Source: Phoronis australis (lineage: Eukaryota; Animalia; Phoronida). From it: a stretch of DNA of 64,000 bases. Location: assembly GCA_002633005.1 (NCBI GenBank), contig NMRA01000777.1, forward strand, positions 33,879-97,878, in the 5' to 3' direction. The position numbers and the translations under genes were made by a program. Below, in pieces: positions 13,471-27,300 of the stretch. Each line of letters opens with the position of its first letter. Position 1 is the stretch's first letter. The notes under the pieces are model-generated. The model was given only the letters and a program-made list of their open reading frames with translations. It made no database searches and was not told the origin of the DNA.

Positions 13471-15730
13471 AAGCTGATCTCGCCGATGGTGTCCCTTTAC
13501 GATGAACACTCTGCCAACGCTACTCGTAAATTTCATAGGAAAATTTGATTCCCTCTTTATCCGGTTCATATTAAAACACGCCCATGCATCAGAAAATCTA
13601 AACTGTTTTAGACTGTGTTACTTTGCTTCAGTCTACTGGACAGAGTAGACTACTTGGTTTCTTGTGAAATTAATGTACCATGTGTACCTTACAGGTTAGC
13701 CACAGTTTTATGCCGTCAGCCACTAGCACTGAGAACACGCATACTCAGTTGCAAGGCTACACTAGATAAAGCAAGTCATCGCTGTTAAACTGTCTCTGGT
13801 AAACTCTTAACCGAAACGCATTCAGTTCAAAACATTACAAAAGCTCAATTGATTCAGAGCTGCAACCGAATGAGCCTGCAACTCAAGTCACAGGTAACGC
13901 ATACATTCACAATTTTAGGGTAGGCTAACCCCAGTAAATTCTAAAGTGTTTTCTTGAGTCTCCCCGGCGTTCGAGGATGTGCTGGTTGTTTTCCTGGAAA
14001 TTGTGCGCGACCGATTTTATTACAGTGAACAGGCTAGGTCTATTTTCAGTTTTCAGCCAGGTAAAGAGGGCGAAATGTGCACATCGCCTTTGTGCGGCAC
14101 GAGTTCTCTTTGTAAAGTGTGGCGCTTTTGTATTTCCAACAAAGTTTCAAGGTGTGTGGTGCGTCGGTAGCGAGACAGCCTCGTCCCCAAGCCTCAATAC
14201 AAGATGACACTGATTGGTTTAGTAATTTGAATGGCTAAACGATCAGCGCCATCTTGAGGCTAGGTAACGAGGCTGGTAGCGAGGATGCTCAGCTGCCTTG
14301 ACAGGGGAGAAAAATCTCCTGGGCGAGTTGGTCTAGAGGAACTTGCTCGGCAGTGATTACCTCGGCGGTGAGATAATAAGGATGTCTGAAATCTTAAAAA
14401 GACTCATTTTACGTAAAAATGATTCAAAAGCACATTTAAATGTATGAAAAAAATAATTTATTAATTGTTTAAAAAACGACAACACAAGACACAAACAACA
14501 ATTTGAACTTAATTCGCGTTGCTGGATTTCTCCGGCAGGCTTGTTCTCAGTGCATAGTAAGCATCAACTATGAAACATTCAACTGAACCCAGAACCGTGA
14601 CCTGAAGGCGTATTAGGCGGGGNAAGCTGATCTCAGAAAATCACTCGCCGATGGTGTCCCTTTACGATGAACACTCTGCCAACGCTACTCGTAAATTTCA
14701 TAGGAAAATTTGATTCCCATGCATCAGAAAATCTAAACTGTTTTAGACCGTGACTGTGTTACTTTGCCTCAGTCTACTGGACAGAGTAGACTACTTGGTT
14801 TCTTGTGAAATTAATGTACCATGTGTACCTTACAGGTTAGCCACAGTTTTATGCCGTCAGTCACTAGCAGAACACACATACTCAGTTGCACGGCTACACT
14901 AGATAAATCAAGTCATCGCTGTTAAACTGTCTCTGGTAAACTCTTAACCGAAGCGCATTCAGTTCAAAACATTGCAAAAGCTCAATTGATTCAGAGCTGC
15001 AACCGAATGAGCCTGTAACTCAAGTCACAGGTAACGCATACATTCACAATTTTAGGGTAGGCTAACCCCAGTAAATTCTAAAGTTTTCTTGAGTGTCCCC
15101 GGCGTTCGAGGATGTGCTGGTTGTTTTCCTGGAAATTGAGCGCGACCGATTTTATTACAGTGAACAGCCTAGGTCTATTTTCAGTTTTCAGCCAGGTAAA
15201 GAGGGCGAAATGTGCACATCGCCTTTGTGCGGCACGAGTTCTCTTTGTAAAGTGTGGCGCTTTTGGATTTCCAACAAAGTTTCAAGGTGTGTGGTGCGTC
15301 AAGACAGCCTCGTCCCCAAGCCTCAATACAAGATGACACTGATTGGTTTAGTAATTTGAATGGCTAAACGATCAGCGCCATCTTGAGGCGAGGATGCTCA
15401 GCTGCCTTGACAGGGGAGAAAAATCTCCTGGGCGAGTTGGTCTAGAGGAACTTGCTCGGCAGTGATTTCCCCGGCGGTAAGATAATAAGGATGTCTGAAA
15501 TCTTAAAAAGACTCATTTTACGTAAAAATGATTCAAAAGCACATTTAAATGTATGAAAAAAAAAGTTATTAATTGTTTAAAAAACGACAACACAAGATAC
15601 AAACAACAATTTGAACTTAATTCGCGTTGCTGGATTTCTCCGGCAGGCTTGTTCTCAGTGCATAGTAAGCATCAACTATGAAACATTCAACTGAACCCAG
15701 AACCGTGACCTGAAGGCGTATTAGGCGGGG
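13471..15730. repeat. Near-identical 1.1-kb tandem duplication (13471-14622 and 14624-15730), likely an uncollapsed-haplotype assembly artefact
   Basis: Both copies start with AAGCTGATCT. Both end at the identical base (...GGCGTATTAGGCGGGG) and are followed immediately by an N (14623 and 15731). They differ by scattered SNPs and small indels. Confidence 0.85.
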
Positions 15731-16215
15731 NGAGGACAGTGGTCCCCCAAATTCGGCCAAAATTCAGGAAAACTCGGCCTAAACAAGAAAAATCGAACAT
15801 CGGAGCACACAATGAAAACATACGGGAAAAACGAACAAGAAAGAACAAAATGTGAAGACTAGATGGAGACTGGGAGAAAAGTGTTGGTGTTTGTGAGGAT
15901 GTAAGTGGCGGCAATAGGGGCAATTGGCCGGCAACGATTGGGGGGCAGGGAGGAGGCGACTGGGAGTACAAATGAAATTGACCGGTGACCGGGATAGGAA
16001 TTCACTTGCTACAGAGCAAAGGACTCATGTTCAATGCCCCCAACCCACGAACAGCCAAATCCAGATATAAGACTATATGCCAAAGCACTGCAGCCGGGAG
16101 ATCTCTATTGGGTATTTTGTAAGAATAAGTTACGCTGCACATTTGCGAATTGCATGGGATGGGGTCGTTTAAGATAACAGGGAAACCTTTGTAGTTTCAA
16201 TCAAATCCACACGAA

Positions 16216-17445
16216 TCACTTCGTTTCCTCTTCAACGGATGTGTCCGGATTGTATTTTTTTAGACCATACTGTTTCAAGAAATCTTGTAATCGATCGTTA
16301 ACAGTTTCCTTTGCTTCACTATGCGTACTTAATGCTAGGTCCAACTTGGCCTGAGATTTCTCCCTTTTAATCGCCCAATTAACACCCGCGGCATCCTCGT
16401 CCGACTTCTGTATCGAATGACCCTTTGTTGCCATATTGCGCCATCTTTTGGCAGCACCGGTCATCATTCGAGCTTTGTTGACCATTTGCACAATGGCAGC
16501 GGTTCTTGCGTTGGGTTTCGACACGGCAGAGTTTCTTCTCTTTTGAGATGTGGACGGAGGGTCATACGCTACAGTATTGTCAATGTTTGGTTTGACACTT
16601 GCAGTGTTTATTGTGGTTGTCTGAAGTGCACTAGTTACCGACTGTATACCTCCATCAATTTCATTTGTAGAGACTTCTGTTGCTTGTGGCACATTTGGCC
16701 TATTGCTTTTTGTTGGCCTTTTAGAATGGCCGAGATTTCCATTAAACGTTACTCGGGTCCTTTCCAGTGACGTTTTCGGTCTGTTTAAAACGTCATCGTC
16801 TTTGCCGTCGGGGAGATTTGGTGATTCACTGCTCAGTGGAATCGTCGACACAGGTCGTCGATGAAATAACTCCTTTTTTGAGGAAACACTTTCCATCACC
16901 GAGTCCGTTTCATCATTGAGATCATTATCTTGAAAATCGCTTTGATTTTGGCTGTTCCTCGACAAAACTCGAGCAATCACACCATCGAATCCAATAGGTG
17001 TCGCTGTTGATGCTCGTTTTACAGGACTCGTTTTCGGTCTCCGAGATTTGTTGGATGACGCAAAACTTTCAGTCTCACTTTCAACATCCGACGCGTCGTT
17101 CCTCCTCACACTTGGCTCGAACGCTGATTTAACGCGCCTGAATTTCCCGAATCGTCTGCTCTTTTGTCTCTCCCCGTACATGAACGTCGGGTCACTATCA
17201 TCGCGTGCCCGTAATACCTTTTCTTTTGGGGCCAAGCCAAGTGGACTGTGCCCGCTGTGTGCACTGATGTGCTCAAGCACAAGCTGTGTCCTGCGCTTTT
17301 CTTGGGCGCTCGTCCGCACAGCATGCTGCCGCTCACGATCTATTGATTTAAGTTGACGATCTAGACGCGCTTTTTCAATGGTATTCAGTCTGTGAGCCTT
17401 CTGAACACGTGTAGAATTACAACTTGGCGCTTCTCTGGTCGGCAT
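16216..17445 (-). CDS. Uncharacterised ~409-aa protein: N-terminal coiled coil (weakly CCDC190-like) followed by an S/R/K-rich disordered region
   Basis: 1.3-kb open frame, far longer than background ORFs here. The TTG start at 17520 in the ORF track lies in an intron: a minus-strand acceptor ttttatttggcag gives an exon start at 17501, and the first ATG is at 17445 (MPTREAP...). The segment RLNTIEKARLDRQLKSIDRERQHAVRTSAQEKRR is heptad-like. Candidate upstream donors at ~18322 and ~18937. The family resemblance is from memory only. Confidence 0.8.
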   Translation of the reverse strand: MPTREAPSCNSTRVQKAHRLNTIEKARLDRQLKSIDRERQHAVRTSAQEKRRTQLVLEHISAHSGHSPLGLAPKEKVLRARDDSDPTFMYGERQKSRRFGKFRRVKSAFEPSVRRNDASDVESETESFASSNKSRRPKTSPVKRASTATPIGFDGVIARVLSRNSQNQSDFQDNDLNDETDSVMESVSSKKELFHRRPVSTIPLSSESPNLPDGKDDDVLNRPKTSLERTRVTFNGNLGHSKRPTKSNRPNVPQATEVSTNEIDGGIQSVTSALQTTTINTASVKPNIDNTVAYDPPSTSQKRRNSAVSKPNARTAAIVQMVNKARMMTGAAKRWRNMATKGHSIQKSDEDAAGVNWAIKREKSQAKLDLALSTHSEAKETVNDRLQDFLKQYGLKKYNPDTSVEEETK

Positions 17446-17679
17446 GACGTTTCTCTTAATCGGCCGAGTGCCTTTTGAAGTCAATATAGCATTGTCAGCA
17501 TCTGCCAAATAAAATTTCAATTCATTGAAGGTACTTGTTTTAAGTTGTCAACCAATATGTTATGCATTTACCAAAATAAAATACGCGATCTGAACAATAT
17601 AATTTTCTCATAATATTCGTTGTCGTGATAAGAATCTATTTCCATTACCAACTGAAGTCACAAGCAATGCGCCCAAGCG

Positions 17680-17835
17680 TCACTTTCGAATTCGTAAAAC
17701 TTAAGGGTTGGGCAACCCCAATAAACCCTTAAGCCGCGTTTTCTTGAGTCGCTGACGATGTTCTAATTGGTAACAGAAACCGAATCCTTAAAGATAAAAG
17801 GCTTAATACGATTTTCTTTTTTAGCCAGCTAAACA
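17680..17835. repeat. Old dispersed repeat family (other copies at ~13900, ~15040, ~30310, ~60820)
   Basis: Shared core ATTCACAATTTTAGGG..GGCCAACCCCA..AAA...GYGTTTTCTTGAGTCGCTGA in the same orientation at five places. Confidence 0.65.
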
Positions 17836-20800
17836 GAGTTCCAGAAGGCAGCCCAAGTCAATTCAGTATGACGTGAACTTTTGCAATATCGTACACGCTC
17901 AGTGTGTAACGACAATATAGCAGTGTTCATCAGTTTATCATTAGCCAATAATGGAGTATATGTTTGAATGTTCACCAGGATCTAAACTGCTTTCAAAATG
18001 AACAATATGACTTATATGACTAAAACGACAATAACGAACTTCACGAAAATGTACTGGGGCAAGTAGGGGTGTGAAGTAGTTTCGTATTTGCGGTATCCAT
18101 CAGTCAGCTGTTGAGCAAGCAAACGTGACTGAAAATCTTGATCAGCTTCCGTTTATTTTAATCGCTTAAGTTTCCGTGTCGGGTGGGAAAAACGTTTGGG
18201 GAAGCTTGGAATTATTACCGACAATACACGCCAATGTTTCAATAAACATTTACTGATCACGCAACATCAGTTACACATTCACTGCAAATGCGCAACGGGA
18301 GACAATGACTTTTTCAGCTTACCTGGAGTATTTTTGAGTGCGAATTACAAATAACGAGTGAATGACTGGACTTCTATTACAAAAGTGGCTGGTATAATTA
18401 GTGTAAGAAATTAACACTCTATTTAATGTAATAACTGTTTTATTACCATTGAACCAGGGATTTGTACTTTAGTTTAAAGTTCTGTAATTCAAACTTTTCA
18501 AATTCCCTCTCCCTTCCGGAAACGATACTCGGTAAAGCACACTCAACGTTTATTGTTCAGAGAAGGTGCAAAATGAGGATTTTACAGAAGGTAGATCGAT
18601 AGTGCGTCTTTGAATTCTATCACTTACCGAAAAAACTGACAGGGCCAAGTGGCCGAGCCAAGTGACCTGCGGGCCAAGACACCGGGCGAAGCCAAGATTG
18701 AACCTAGCCTCAAACAATACCAGGCCAAGAAGCCATTTCAAATGTGAGTGTGGAACAAGTCGAGATCATCTTGATATATAAGGGTAGTTGACCTAACCCA
18801 AAAGTTGTTTCTGATTGAAGACATAGCAATGTAACCAGCACGTGATTAGTGAGCTGTCAAGCTTTCCCAGATTAATGTTTTATTTAATGAATCAAATTTA
18901 AATGAAAAATTAAGCAAACAAGTTCCAAATGGGCTTACCGTTTCTGTCGTTTTACCAATTTGGTGTTCTTCGCACTGTATGTGTTAAACATTCTGCGTAC
19001 GTTTAATTTCTGTAATGGTTATTTATTGTTATTTTGAATAATATCAATGCTTAGCAACACACTGATAACGATAATCGTTGAACCAACACGGACTACCGTA
19101 GCTGCCAAAACGGGTTCGTAAATTAAAAAACCGAGTAGGTGTTGATCCTGTCGAGGGAACAGGAGATAAATCTGTTGTCAAATTAGGACTGGAGTGACTA
19201 AATAGACAAAGAACACCGACACATTCACAATAGTAAGTGATTATTTATAGCAAAGTTAATATTTACATCTCGAAGGGGGGTTAACATAGAGGGCACTTAA
19301 AAATTTTGTACATGAGCAAAATAACCTTTCGCTTGCCTGTGCAAATTTCGATCTAGCAAAAGCGAATATTACATGAATGAAAATAAACACATAGATGTCT
19401 CGTTGTGTTCATGGGTGCCCACCTGAACACACGCTCATTTTTTGTGAGTAAGTTCGTCTACACTGGTCACGCATTAACAAAATAGGAATCAAATACCAGT
19501 CGACAAATATTTAAAGAAATTGCTAACCAATTGCCAGTATACTTTACTGTCTTGTGTCAACCTACAAAAGTACGTTTTCCAAAATCAGATTTCTTGCATG
19601 AGGTAATAATTAATTTTATTAATCTTCACCATGGATTCAAAATATGAGTAGAGCGGTGTATATCTTACACATATCTATACAAGTTCTTTGATACGTTATC
19701 GTCATTGATTTTACATGAGACTTACTAATATAGTGATTTCGAAATGCTCTTCATAAGCCAGAGATGGGCATTAGTGTTCGCAAGGTAAGACATAAAGTTT
19801 ACTCAACAGTCAACCGAACTGTCACTGTAAACATTCAGTCATATATTTACTGTAACCTTGGAACTTAGTGTGTAAGATCCGACGCAAAGCCAATAAGATA
19901 AGTCAGTAGATCACTGATTACACTTTGTTTCATAACAACCGGGACAAGCTGGTGATATTCTGTCACCAGTGTACGAGGGACCTAGTGGCTGACAGTTAAA
20001 TGGCCGGGCTTCCACGAAGAGTCACACGAAATAACTCCTGCGTTTATAAGAACTTGTTTCTCACAACTTTAAAACACATTCAAAGCATTTGATTTACATT
20101 CTAAGCATTCCAGTAAATTTCCTGCATTTAATTGTGGTCACTGCAAGTGAAGCTTTGCTGGCGGTCTGCATCTTAAAACATGAATAGCCTAGAGTAAAGG
20201 ACATAATTAATCTGTCGGATGGTGTTTCGAAAAGTAACTTGATGAATTCAAGACAAAGTTAATAGTTAAATGAAAAGCTGCCTATTGTTCTGTATGAAAT
20301 CGCCAGACACGGTGGATAACGACAGGTTTTTTATGGTTACTAACGACACAGTGGAGAACGCGTTTTCTTTAAGGACTACTTTGAAGCGTAACAAGTATTT
20401 CCTTAGTTCACAATTTGTACAAAAATTCTCACCTTAAGTGGAATTCGGGCACTGGGCCAGCTGTATCAGTAATCCGCCGACTGCTGACAGCTCTTTACTG
20501 TCGCTAAGCTGTGCTACACATTAACTCCAGTGCACTTTTTATCTCCAGCAAAGAAAATCTTGTAGAAAGCTGATACGGCATCGAATAATAAACGAACATT
20601 TACGTTTATTCGCAAATAAACAAACGACGAATTGTTCGACCAAATAATCCGTTCTTGTGAATGATTCGACTGGCATAAACACATTCACGAACTGTTCGCC
20701 GCGATATTTATCGTCTTTACGCGCATTCATCCAAGGACATTCCCTCACTTCCTTCAACCACCACAAGAGGTCACGTGTTAATCTAACTGTACATTAAGCA

Positions 20801-23800
20801 GTATAATTAAATAATACATACATATAAAACTAGCAATAGAAATCGTTATTCATAATCTGTCGGCGTGTAACTTGTGCCTTTATGGATTTGATTGAACGAA
20901 CTAAATAAAATATAGAGAAAAGGCTTACGCGTTTACATAGGCTATGTAGTGTATAATCGCAGTGCCTTTGAATTGATCAGCTGTTTATACAACAAACAAG
21001 GAGCATAATGACTGGAGGGATTGAAACGAACTCGAAGTTTGACAGCATACTAGAGGGTGGATGTTTTTCTATTCAGCGATATAAAAAGAGAGCTTATGTT
21101 TTATCGAACAAAGCGTTGGTAAATTTCAACACGTCTTATATTTGTTAACGCTTACGTTTGTAGAGAGGTGACAGACAGCAAACACAAAACATTTAATTCT
21201 TCATTCTATTGCTTTTGTACACCAATGAAATTAAACGCCAATTTAAGCCCTTAGATTAAGAGTTGCGAAATTTGTAATATGCTAATTTTTCACTAGTTTA
21301 GCCAGCAGTATAAGCGGCAAGTAAAATTCCGTTATCCACAAAAGTAAAGAGTAAGGATATTTAACCTTTTACAAACGCGGTTTGGAGTGTGTAGATGTCA
21401 TGCAATAACATTTGCAAACGTTTTCATTATTTACAAAAAGGTAATCGGTCTTTGAAAGATGGAAAAAATACCGTTTTGGAATCTGTGTTTGTCCGAAATA
21501 ACAGTAGAATTACAGTCGTGACCGATGAAAGTCTATACATGACGGTAACAGTACATTTGCAGCAGTTGCACTCTTACTTTACAAATCTGACAGTTGAGCT
21601 CACGAACAGGGCATTCATAGAAATGAATTCGTGTATCACCATTCTCTGAAATGGCTAGTTTTATCTCGTTCGGTTAGGGTAGTCGTAGTGAAATATATAT
21701 GAAGAAAAATTCCCATATATATCTTTAAATCTTTCATTGCAACATGGCCCGTTGATGTCACGCTATTTTCGTACCACGTGACTGATTGCTTCTCGGTAAC
21801 TGTGTTTTCAAATCAGTCACCGACTTACGGATGCTTTACCTAACATAAGTTGAAAAATATCTAATGTTTTTCTAAGCCTCAAAACAAATGTCCTAACTTT
21901 GTTAATTGAATTATTAATGTACAACAAACCAGTGTCTTCTGTCAAAACAACTTTTAATTTAGACAATTTACCGTTAAAATCGGAAACCTCGTGTTCTTAA
22001 CTCAGTTTAGAGAATTGACGACAACGTATTTTATTGTTTTATACTTGTGGTCAAAGCTGGTCAAAGTCTGCCCTGTTCAGTTATAATCACAAAGATGTGT
22101 TTTTGAAAAAGGAAGTTTTTCTTTACATTATAGAAAGTTTCCGTCCACAAATGTCCTTTCGGTATCGCCTTTCAGTCCACACGACTACGCTACGTTTTCA
22201 ATACGTTTTACGCGCACATGTATCGGTTCATATCATTTTCGCAATTCACACAAATACACGCAACGTCAGTCTTTTTGAAAAGTTGCGTTTTCATAGTCCT
22301 CGCGAGTACACGCACAGTGAAAACAACGTTGTTAAATAATTCCATCCTGAAAAACGTTTAAAAAGTTACATTTCCAATGGATTCGTGTGAACATGAGACG
22401 CGATGGTACGAAAACGATATAATGTGGAGCCGGTGAACGGTTCTGACTTCCCTTGCACTTTATGTTTACAATTTCTCAGTGTATCTGTGTTGTTTTCGCT
22501 TGTCATTGCAAGTATGATTACGTCACACGAATATTGATGAAGATAGTGCCCGGCTTCAGACAGTGGTTCCGCCCTAGTAATTTCTAGTTTAAATTTTGAC
22601 TTTGGTATTATTACATTATGTGAATGGTGCAGGGAAAAACGGTCGAGTTGCTTTAATGTAAGAAGGTTTTCAGATTGTTTTGCATTGGAAGTGCTTTCTA
22701 GTTTAGTTTTGTTTCCGGTAACTAGGCTAATATCGTAGAGCATCTTGGTTGCTTTGCTGATCAAATCACAAGTGTCCAATCATTTGTAATATGAAATCGA
22801 GTATATGCATCATACGACCGAATGAATTTCTTGTAAAATAGTCACGTGACAGCTTTTATATTGAAATCCGTGGAACATCTGCGATGGGTTTCGGGAAATC
22901 GGTATTCCAACCAGATTAAATGAAGGACTGTGATCCGAAGACCTACTTGCTAAAAAAGTTAGTGTAGCCGGGGTGAGGCGTGTGCTTCGCTTGTAATACA
23001 CAGCGTTACGTCCAGATTTGCGTGATCTCGTGTTTTCGCGAGTTACTTGCGCGTACATCCTAGAGAACGTGACGAGTGGTGACGAGGACAGATACCCCAC
23101 AATTATCTGCGGTCATTATGGGGTTATGCGGTGTGATGTACTAAAATGACGCAAACAAAAGGAAGTTAATGAACGGAATTACGCTTTCCTTTCGTCAACT
23201 TCAAGTTGTCCTTCTGGGCTGAGCTGCATAAAGCTTCGAGTTATCCGCTGGATAAGTTTGATTGTTGCATAACGTCAGGCACATTGTTCAAGGTGACGCG
23301 TGATAATGCGACGTCATTGCTACTATACGGCGTATAACTTTTATGCAACTAGGCCCAGGTGTAATAAACAGGCGCAAGACACTTTGGCGTGCAGTCATTA
23401 AATTAATTTACTATCACAACTTTGAAGCCTGTGAAAGAATAAGCTCGCAAATAAGACCAGAACGTATATTATCAGTTACATTTTCAATTAAGGCAATCTC
23501 TGGTACAAATATTGTTCAAGAAAGTTTAACAGGTGGAATGACATAGGTGAATTAAAGTAAATAATTAAAAACTAAAGAATCTTTAACCAAAGGGCATGAC
23601 TACAGTTTTGTCCGTGGTTGCTAACGACATTTACAAGGGTCGTAAACACAACAGACGAGAGGTAAAAGAAATAATTATCGCTAAAGCGCGAGAAGAGCGA
23701 TCAAAGCGAAGACGTAAAAAGGTAAAATGAATAACTTTAAAACCAAACGATTCGCCAACGAGTCTTCCTGACTGACTGAAGTCACTTGTTGAAGAATAAT

Positions 23801-24308
23801 TTCGCTTCAACGTTTTGCCTGTTGACAGGTTTTACATTTCGGTTTTTGTTACATTTTACCTACTTGAGAAGTTACTGAAAATACAATGCCACAACCCAAC
23901 TGGCTCTTATAAAACAAAGTTTCTCAAAGATATGATAGCTGTAAGAGAAATTTCTTGCCTCTGGGAGTCAATGGTGTTCAATAGCGATCGGTAACAGAGA
24001 GAGCTCGTAGAGTCAGCCCCACCATGGCCGGGCGAATTTGGCGAGATCACGCAACAGATCGAGCAAGTGAAAGGCGAGTGAAGCTCTCAGTCTTACAAAA
24101 ATAAACTTGCAAAATGGCAGCCATTGAAGTGTATGTCGGTAAGACTGGAATGAAGAATCATGCGAGAAAGCTGTGTGTGAACCCTCTATTCCTGTTCCAT
24201 AGTAAGCCAAAATGTTTCGTCCAAAGTGTGTTGCGAGTGACTTGCGTTACCGAACGCGCCCTCGCACAGTCATCAGCGCCACCACCTCAGCTCAGTCGAT
24301 TGGTTCTG

Positions 24309-27300
24309 TTACTGTCTTAATTGCTCCACACTCTCGTAGACCGCTTTTACGAGATCCACATGTCGCTGTTCAATTAGGCAGAAACCGAGTGGAGACATGA
24401 AGTTTGTGAGGTAACTGAAGCCTAGTCGGGTGTCTATGTCTCCAAATACACTTTTACACCCATAACCAAAGTGACCGAAGCATGTGTAATTAGTCTGAAA
24501 CAATAAATGAAATAGTAAAGTTGGAAATTGAAACCACCACAGACTCGGAGGTCACAAACATTTTTGATGTCAAAACTACAAACACGCGAGACTACGGGTT
24601 AGAAAGACACGATATACCTCGGTCTCTTTTTCATCTCTGGTCACGAGCTTGTGACGCATGTATATCAGCGGGGACATTTGTCGATCACAAACAATTTTAT
24701 TTCAAGACTCTGTGCGCCCTCAGTCGACTGACTGTCTTACCGCGGATATCCAGGGATGAAGTAGGAGCACTCCCGGACCAAACGTGGCTTCCATAGGGAT
24801 TACTTTGTCAGGTCCTGATACTTCCACGGTATTAAGACGCTTGATAGCCTCCTTTGACAAAAGAACACGACCGTCACTGGCCTTGCCACCTGATGCCAAT
24901 ATACCGGCGACCTTGAATGAATGAAAACGGCAGTATCACTGAGGACTGACTTCGTAACAAATGAAATTCAACAGATTCCTGCGTCTAACTCTTGGTGCTT
25001 TTATTAAAAAATTTCTACAGTGCACATGATATTGTTGAAACAAAGATCTACTATGTCACAGTTCTACTGTGTCACAGATCTACTGTGTCACAGACCTACT
25101 GTGTTACAGGTCTACTGTGTCTCCATAGATTATAGACAACAGATTCACAACTACATTTTCTTGCGTACTATCCCCGAGGAGGCACCGCTCCCCTAAATTA
25201 TCTGTACCAGTTTCCGATTAGTGTATTGTAACGACACAACAGCCGACCATGATTAGCAGACGACGTACTTGCCGGAAATAACACCAGACAATTTGGCCAG
25301 GCGTCGGTAGTGAATATGACGTCATTGCTTCTGTAAGAGCACAGATTTCGTCCGTTGAAAGTATACGGAATTGACGGTCCATGTACTATAGTCTATGGTG
25401 TTACAGGTCTACTGTGTCACAGATCTACAGTGTCACCGATCTACAGTGCCAAAAATTTCTCATTTTACAAAATACTCATTGATTTCTGCCTTCAAAAATT
25501 AGAGGTGACCTATAATCGATAAGAAGCATATCAGTTTTGAAAGTCGAATTTAAGTTGCTCGGTATCCTATATTCTGTATAAAAGTCAAGGCCGTTTTTCT
25601 CCACCATCTCCAATCTGGTGCCACAAATTTTGCTCACACCCTCGCCAACACAATTTGTCTACTGCAACTTACGTAGTATCTTATACAACTGGTAGTGTTG
25701 AAAGCTGATCATTTATTGCTCATTTTCGTTACACTTTTGAACACTCATTTCCAGCACAAGGTAAAAAAATGAGCCCATAACAAGGAAGAAACCCACACAA
25801 TGCCCAGCCCATTTGAGCAGACGATATCCTTCAACTATCTCGTCTGTCAAGCTCTCACCTTAGCTGCAGCAGCGGCAGTGCCGTAACCATGGAACGAGAC
25901 GATTCCAACGGACCGGTAGTCTGGATGATTGGCCTGCAAGAGATGTAAAGAAGGGGTTAAACATTCAAAATTACCCCGTGAACAATGCAACTTGTTAAAC
26001 TCGGATTTGTGCTAGCCTAAATTATAAAGGTGTCACGTTAGTGTACTTTTGTAATTTCAAACAAGTATTAGTTACATAATATGTTATATCCTATTTTGTA
26101 TCCAACAGGAAATGGAGAAGGGCAAAATACATGGGATCGTGTAGATGGCCTTTCACACAACATGCGCGCACCCAGACTTTAATATGGGGGGCTCGACAAA
26201 GTGGACCTATTTCTAACAAAAAAGCGGGAGGACTAAAAAAAACGGGGTACCACCTTCAGGCCTGTCAACTCTGCGTTCGAGCCCCCCGAGCCCTCCCGAG
26301 TTCTCCGCTTTCATGAAAACAGGAATGGTATCATTATGCTTCTTTCTGAAAATGTTTGCAGTAAAAGTAAGTTTTTGCTGCGTCTACGAGCAAGATTTTG
26401 CAGTTAATTCTTTTGTTTGCTTTTCAAAGTGGCAAATGAAAGAAAACAGAAAATGTCATCTTCAAGCCTTGGCGATCCTGGAACACTCGTCCATTTATGT
26501 TAAAAGCCTGTCACACTTCCATCCACTAAAACTTTCACATGTGAGGATCAATCCACACTTGATAAGTAATGGAATATGTTCACAAAAGCGAGTCCTCGTT
26601 AATAGATGTTTATTCTGTTTCTATATCCAGAGGCGTACTTGCGCTTACCGTCGCATGAAAGTCCGACTTCAAATTCTTGAACACCTTCTTGAGCATTTCC
26701 GAGGGCATCAATTCCCGTATGGTCTGTGAAATTGAATTCTGGGTGATCATGTTGTAAAATGTCATGGTTCTCGTGGATTCCCTGGCGAGACGATAGTTTT
26801 CTGCAAATGGGAGGCCCACGAAAAAATCGACACCAAACGGCTTGGCTATTTCTTCTTTGAAGAACACCTGCGCGCTGCGATGTTTAGGATCCGCCCGGCG
26901 TATTAGCTGGTCCACGTAAAGGCCAAATGTTAAAGCGTGATAACCAGATCCGGTACCTTTAAGAAAAAGTAACTACATCTCAAGGGGAGCATACGCTATG
27001 GTCATCGTAGACAGTACGTGATACTATGAAATTTAAAATTCTGACGTTGAATGGGACGTTATATTCATGCCTATAAATGTGCGCACCCAGCTTAAAATAT
27101 AGGGGGGTTCGAATTTTTAATATGTGGACCTTTTACTTAGAAAAAATAAAACGGGGACTAAACAAAAAACGGGTTACTACGTTCGAACCCTTGAATTGTG
27201 CATTAGCGCCGAATTCCTGTGGTCGTTTGTCTCGTTTTCTCTGACTTTATTTCTCGGGGGCGGACCTTTTCGCCCACTTCGCCCCATGGGGAGGGGGCTT

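Noticed and set aside
13354-13569. 71-aa minus-strand ORF as a possible exon or pseudogene
   Set aside because: No family motif, and the second copy of the region has indels that break it.
16417-17356. Antisense ORFs overlapping the 409-aa gene (likewise 10486-10689 and 58828-59232)
   Set aside because: These are shadow ORFs of real coding sequence with no independent support.
25044-25450. Short direct repeats as a possible CRISPR array (also 39840-40330)
   Set aside because: The units are adjacent with no unique spacers, the context is eukaryotic, and there are no cas genes.
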